Shown piece by piece: positions 36,930-40,344 of a stretch of DNA of 40,344 bases. The notes beneath the pieces were generated by a model that saw only the letters and a list, made by a program, of their open reading frames with translations, was not told where the DNA came from and made no database searches. This stretch comes from Ministeria vibrans ATCC 50519 (Eukaryota > Protista > Filasterea): the NCBI GenBank assembly GCA_943704425.1, contig CALSCP010001793.1:1-40344 (forward strand), in the 5' to 3' direction. Every line of letters starts with the position of its first letter. Positions within the stretch are counted from its first letter, which is position 1. The position numbers and the translations under genes were made by a program.

Positions 36930-39101
36930 TTACTCTTGCTTGAAAATGTCTTGAATGGACAGCTCAAAGAGCGAACAGGGAAGAGCAATCTTATAGTTCT
37001 TCATGACGTCGGGGTGGACGGTGCCAATGACACCAGCCTTGCGTCCGCGCACCATGATGGACGCGCCCTGGCCGGCGAAGAAGAGCTTGTCGGAGGGACA
37101 CGCTTCGAGGTAGTACCCATTGGGCAGGTCCTTGCCGTACGGGATGTCGAGCACTTGCATGGCGCGGTCGAGCAAGCCGTGGACAATCTGGAAGTCAGCC
37201 CCGTGGCCCATGTGGAGGGCGGCAAGATGTCGTTCGTTGCGCGTGCGCGTCTCAGCGTCCTCCTGGCGCAGCACCACGTCGCCCGTCTCGAACAGGCGCA
37301 GTGGCAACGGCATGCCCAGGTTGTTGGCACACGTCTTGAGCATTCCTGGAATGATTGACGTGCGCAGCTCCTGGAACTCGAGTGTTTTGGGGTTGGCAAT
37401 GCGCACGGCGTGCGTGGACGGCGTGTCCGGGTCTACGGGGCGTTGAAGGTGCGTCGAGTTGTCGTCGTGCGACACAAGCGCAAAGTTGAGCAGTTCCGTG
37501 AAGCCAGCCATTGCCATCTGGACACGCACATGGTCCGTTAGCTTGTTAAGGGGCTGCATCACACCCGGGCACCCCGTTTGTGGGATGAGGCGCGGGACAT
37601 TGTCAAAGCCGTACGCGACGGCCACGTCCTCGGCAATGTCGCACGCGTGGAGGATGTCGGGGCGCGTTGGGGGCACGCGCACATTGATAGTGTTGCTGTC
37701 GCTGGGCGAGACGCTTGCATCGAGCATCATGCGTGTCAAGAGGGTGGCCGCGTCGGTCGAGGTCATTTCCGGGATGTTGACTAGACGGCGCACTTGCTTC
37801 ATTGTGATTGTGTGCTCCTTGTCCGCGATGGCCGGTGTGACCACCACCTCACCGTTGGGGTAGACAACGTCAACGGGCTCGATTGTAAAGGGCTTGGCGC
37901 AGTACCGGGAGAACATGGTCACGACCATGTTAATGGCAATCTGGGCACGCGTGCGGTCAGTCGCAGTCACCTCGATGAACACATCGCGCGTGTCCACCGT
38001 CATCGCCGAGTGGTTCCCGTTGATAATGGGCGGCATGCTCAACACAACGCCGTTGCTGTCTTCAATGACAGGGTACACAGGGCTGTCCTGGATGATAGGC
38101 AGGTACGGGCGCAAGTGGAGGTAGCGGTCGTTTGTCGCGTAAACGTTCATGAGTTCACGCGCTGTCGTGTCCTCACTGCGGTTCAGCGCCACAAAGTGAA
38201 AGTCGTCCGGGTTCTTTGCGCTGTAAGTGAAGGGTCCCTGGATTGTTGAGAGGTCGTGCGTTCCAATAGCCACAAGAGTACGCTTGCGTCCAATGTTCTG
38301 GTGCAACTAAAAAGAATGTTTGTTAAAAATTATTAGTAATATTTTTATAATATAATTATCATGTCTCACCTTGTCTTGAAGATCAATGAAGGAGCGGAAG
38401 CTCTCGGGTGTAAATTTAACGTCGCGAAGAACAGCTGCAAAGGCAAACGGACGAATGGCAGCAGTGCTCTTGTCCACGACAAGACGCTGGCGTGTCTCGG
38501 GGCTTGAGAGGATGTACTTCGGCGAAGGGGACTTCTGCATGAACACTCGGAAGGCTTGAACAATGCCCTCAAAACAGAGCAGATCATAGCGATTGGCAGG
38601 AATGTCAATCTTGTAGATCAAGTCGTCGTCGTCGTATACGGCAGCGGTCGCGTCTTGTGCCGTTCGTTCTTAAAAAAAAACATAAAAAAAGTTGAGGGTA
38701 ATTTCGGATAATTCCTCAACTAGCGACCAATTGCCACCAAAGAATACAACCAAAGGTGAAAAGACCAATAATTGATTATAATCACAAGCTTAGAACCAAA
38801 ACATTGTGCGTTTACTCGGACGCTTTCTTGGACTTTCGACCAAACCCATAAAGGTTGCGTCAATAGGACGAAAAAACACGCAAAAAAAAGAGGACAGAAC
38901 ACAAAACAACACATACAATGTATTTGCTCTCTCTTTACCTCCACCCATAAGAGCAGCAGCAGATCTTTCCTCCTTGGGATCAACAATGTCATCGAGTTCG
39001 ATGCCAAACTTGAAACAAAGTGATTGAATGTTTTTGTCAGTGGCGTCGTCCCAACCAATGGCCTTTAGGAAAGGCGTCTTGACGACCGAAATGGTGGGCA
39101 T
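36930..39101 (-). CDS. FARSB: Cytosolic phenylalanyl-tRNA synthetase beta subunit, ~612 aa. Exons 39101-38939, 38668-38370, 38306-36930
   Basis: MPTISV...[92 protein letters not shown] and PLRLFETGDVV. Junctions are in frame (1839 nt); intron 1 uses an AAG acceptor. Confidence 0.97.
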
Positions 39102-39335
39102 TGCTGTACGAAAGTGGCAGAGTACTGGGGAGATGAAACAGGAAATAAAAAAGTGACATGGAATTGGAACAAGTTGGGTTTTAATCGGGAAATTATTGTC
39201 GAAAGACCCGCAAAAAAAAAACCGTGCTCGACCGAACCTCGACCAGTGGACGGAAGTTACGACTTTTCATGATCAAATAACAATCTTTGACGCATTCTTA
39301 TTACACTCTTTCTCTTTCTCTCTTTGTAAACACCC
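39102..39335. promoter_or_regulatory. Putative bidirectional promoter region (including both 5' UTRs) shared by FARSB and FARSA
   Basis: 234 bp separate two divergent start codons; the region contains an A10 tract and a CTCGACC direct repeat. Function is inferred from geometry only. Confidence 0.65.
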
Positions 39336-40344
39336 ATGTCTGCCTCTACGTCTACGGACACAGCCCCCGCCACAAAGGTATGCGCATCGCCACAAATGTG
39401 TAGCTCCAGAGTCTGCGTAGAATAGTGAATTCTAAACGCGCTCGTTTTGCTCTTTTCCTCTCTTTAGCCGACAGGAGCTCAACATGTCAAACAACTCCTT
39501 GTTGACCATCTGCATGCCAAGGGAACGGTAAGGTGTTGTTTGAAATTAAGCCCCTTTCAGCACATCGACCGAAAAAACCCCCTCGAAAGACGAAACTCTT
39601 TTTTGACGGTCAATGTCTCCTTCTCGTAGACGGACACTCGTACCTTTGCAAACGAGCGTGGTATTGAGCATCAAGCCGTTGTGGGTGCCATGAAAGCTCT
39701 TCAGTCACTAAACGTATCTTTTAAAAAAAATTCGACCGTCGAACAATAACAATTCTCTTTCTCTTGATATTACTGCAGTACGTCGAGAGCGAGCGCCACG
39801 AAGAGGTCACCACGTCTTGGACAGAGGAAGGCAAGAGTATTGTGAGCGACGGGTCGCACGAGGCGGTTGTTTTCGAGCACATTCCGCAGAATGGGTCGAT
39901 CAGTCAAACCGATTTGAAACGGAAGAGTGGAAACCGTTTTGCTGTTGGGTTCCCGCGCGCCATGCAAAACAAGTGGGTTGCCACAGAAAAGGTGGACGGA
40001 GTGGTTCATGTGCGCCGGGCAGTAAGACTAAGAGAACGACAACAAAACAAAATAAATTATGTTGTTTACGCGTCTGTTGTTTTAATAGGTTGACTCGGTG
40101 ACGGATACCGTTCGAGACCAACTCAAGACAATTGAAACGCTCGACGAAGTGTCGCTGAAAGACCTGAAGTCGCGAAAGCTGATTGTGGTCACGTAACAGC
40201 AGACCCATGACATAGTTCTTCCGCTACTTACGCAGCGTTCTCCTACACACAGGTCTTTTGTGTTCTTCACAATTCGCACAGGTCCGGAGTTTTCCACAAC
40301 CATTGTCAAGCCGGAGACAGAGCTCACGGCAAGCATGTTCGCGT
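39336..40344 (+). CDS. FARSA: Cytosolic phenylalanyl-tRNA synthetase alpha subunit, 5' part. Exons 39336-39377, 39468-39527, 39630-39713, 39779-40021, 40089-40192, 40253-window end
   Basis: The spliced frame gives GIEHQAVVGAMKALQSL, WTEEGKSIVSDGSHEAVVF, VGFPRAMQNKWV, VDSVTDTVRDQL, DLKSRKLI and GPEFSTTIVKPETELTASM. These match the eukaryotic PheRS-alpha N-terminal DBD-like domains. Five GT-AG introns, all in frame. Confidence 0.93.

Noticed and set aside
39251-39257. CGGAAGT (ETS/GABP-like motif typical of vertebrate bidirectional promoters) in the FARS spacer
   Set aside because: It is a single 7-mer and ETS factors are considered animal-specific, so it is not supportable here.

Overview
Gene-dense, intron-containing eukaryotic DNA, probably from a unicellular opisthokont/holozoan-type protist (inferred from animal-like orthologues; species not identifiable). 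Manual GT-AG splicing gives six minus-strand protein genes. From left to right they are a divergent myosin heavy chain (3' end runs off the window), a complete 23-exon inner-arm axonemal dynein heavy chain (DNAH1-like, ~4189 aa), spastizin/ZFYVE26 (~2221 aa), Rod/KNTC1 (~2311 aa), a DUF4515/CCDC166-like coiled-coil protein broken by an assembly gap, and FARSB. The plus strand carries an intron-containing tRNA-Ser(CGA) and the 5' part of FARSA. The most notable feature is that FARSA and FARSB, the two subunits of cytosolic PheRS, lie head-to-head with 234 bp between their start codons. Other signals are a degenerate myosin motor, very short tandem intergenic spacers, a 20-mer shared between introns of two genes, a GNRA hairpin in the tRNA trailer, weak 5' splice sites and a within-gene G/C skew flip. 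No mobile element, CRISPR or prokaryotic-type system was seen. Orthology calls rest on recalled motifs, not database searches.
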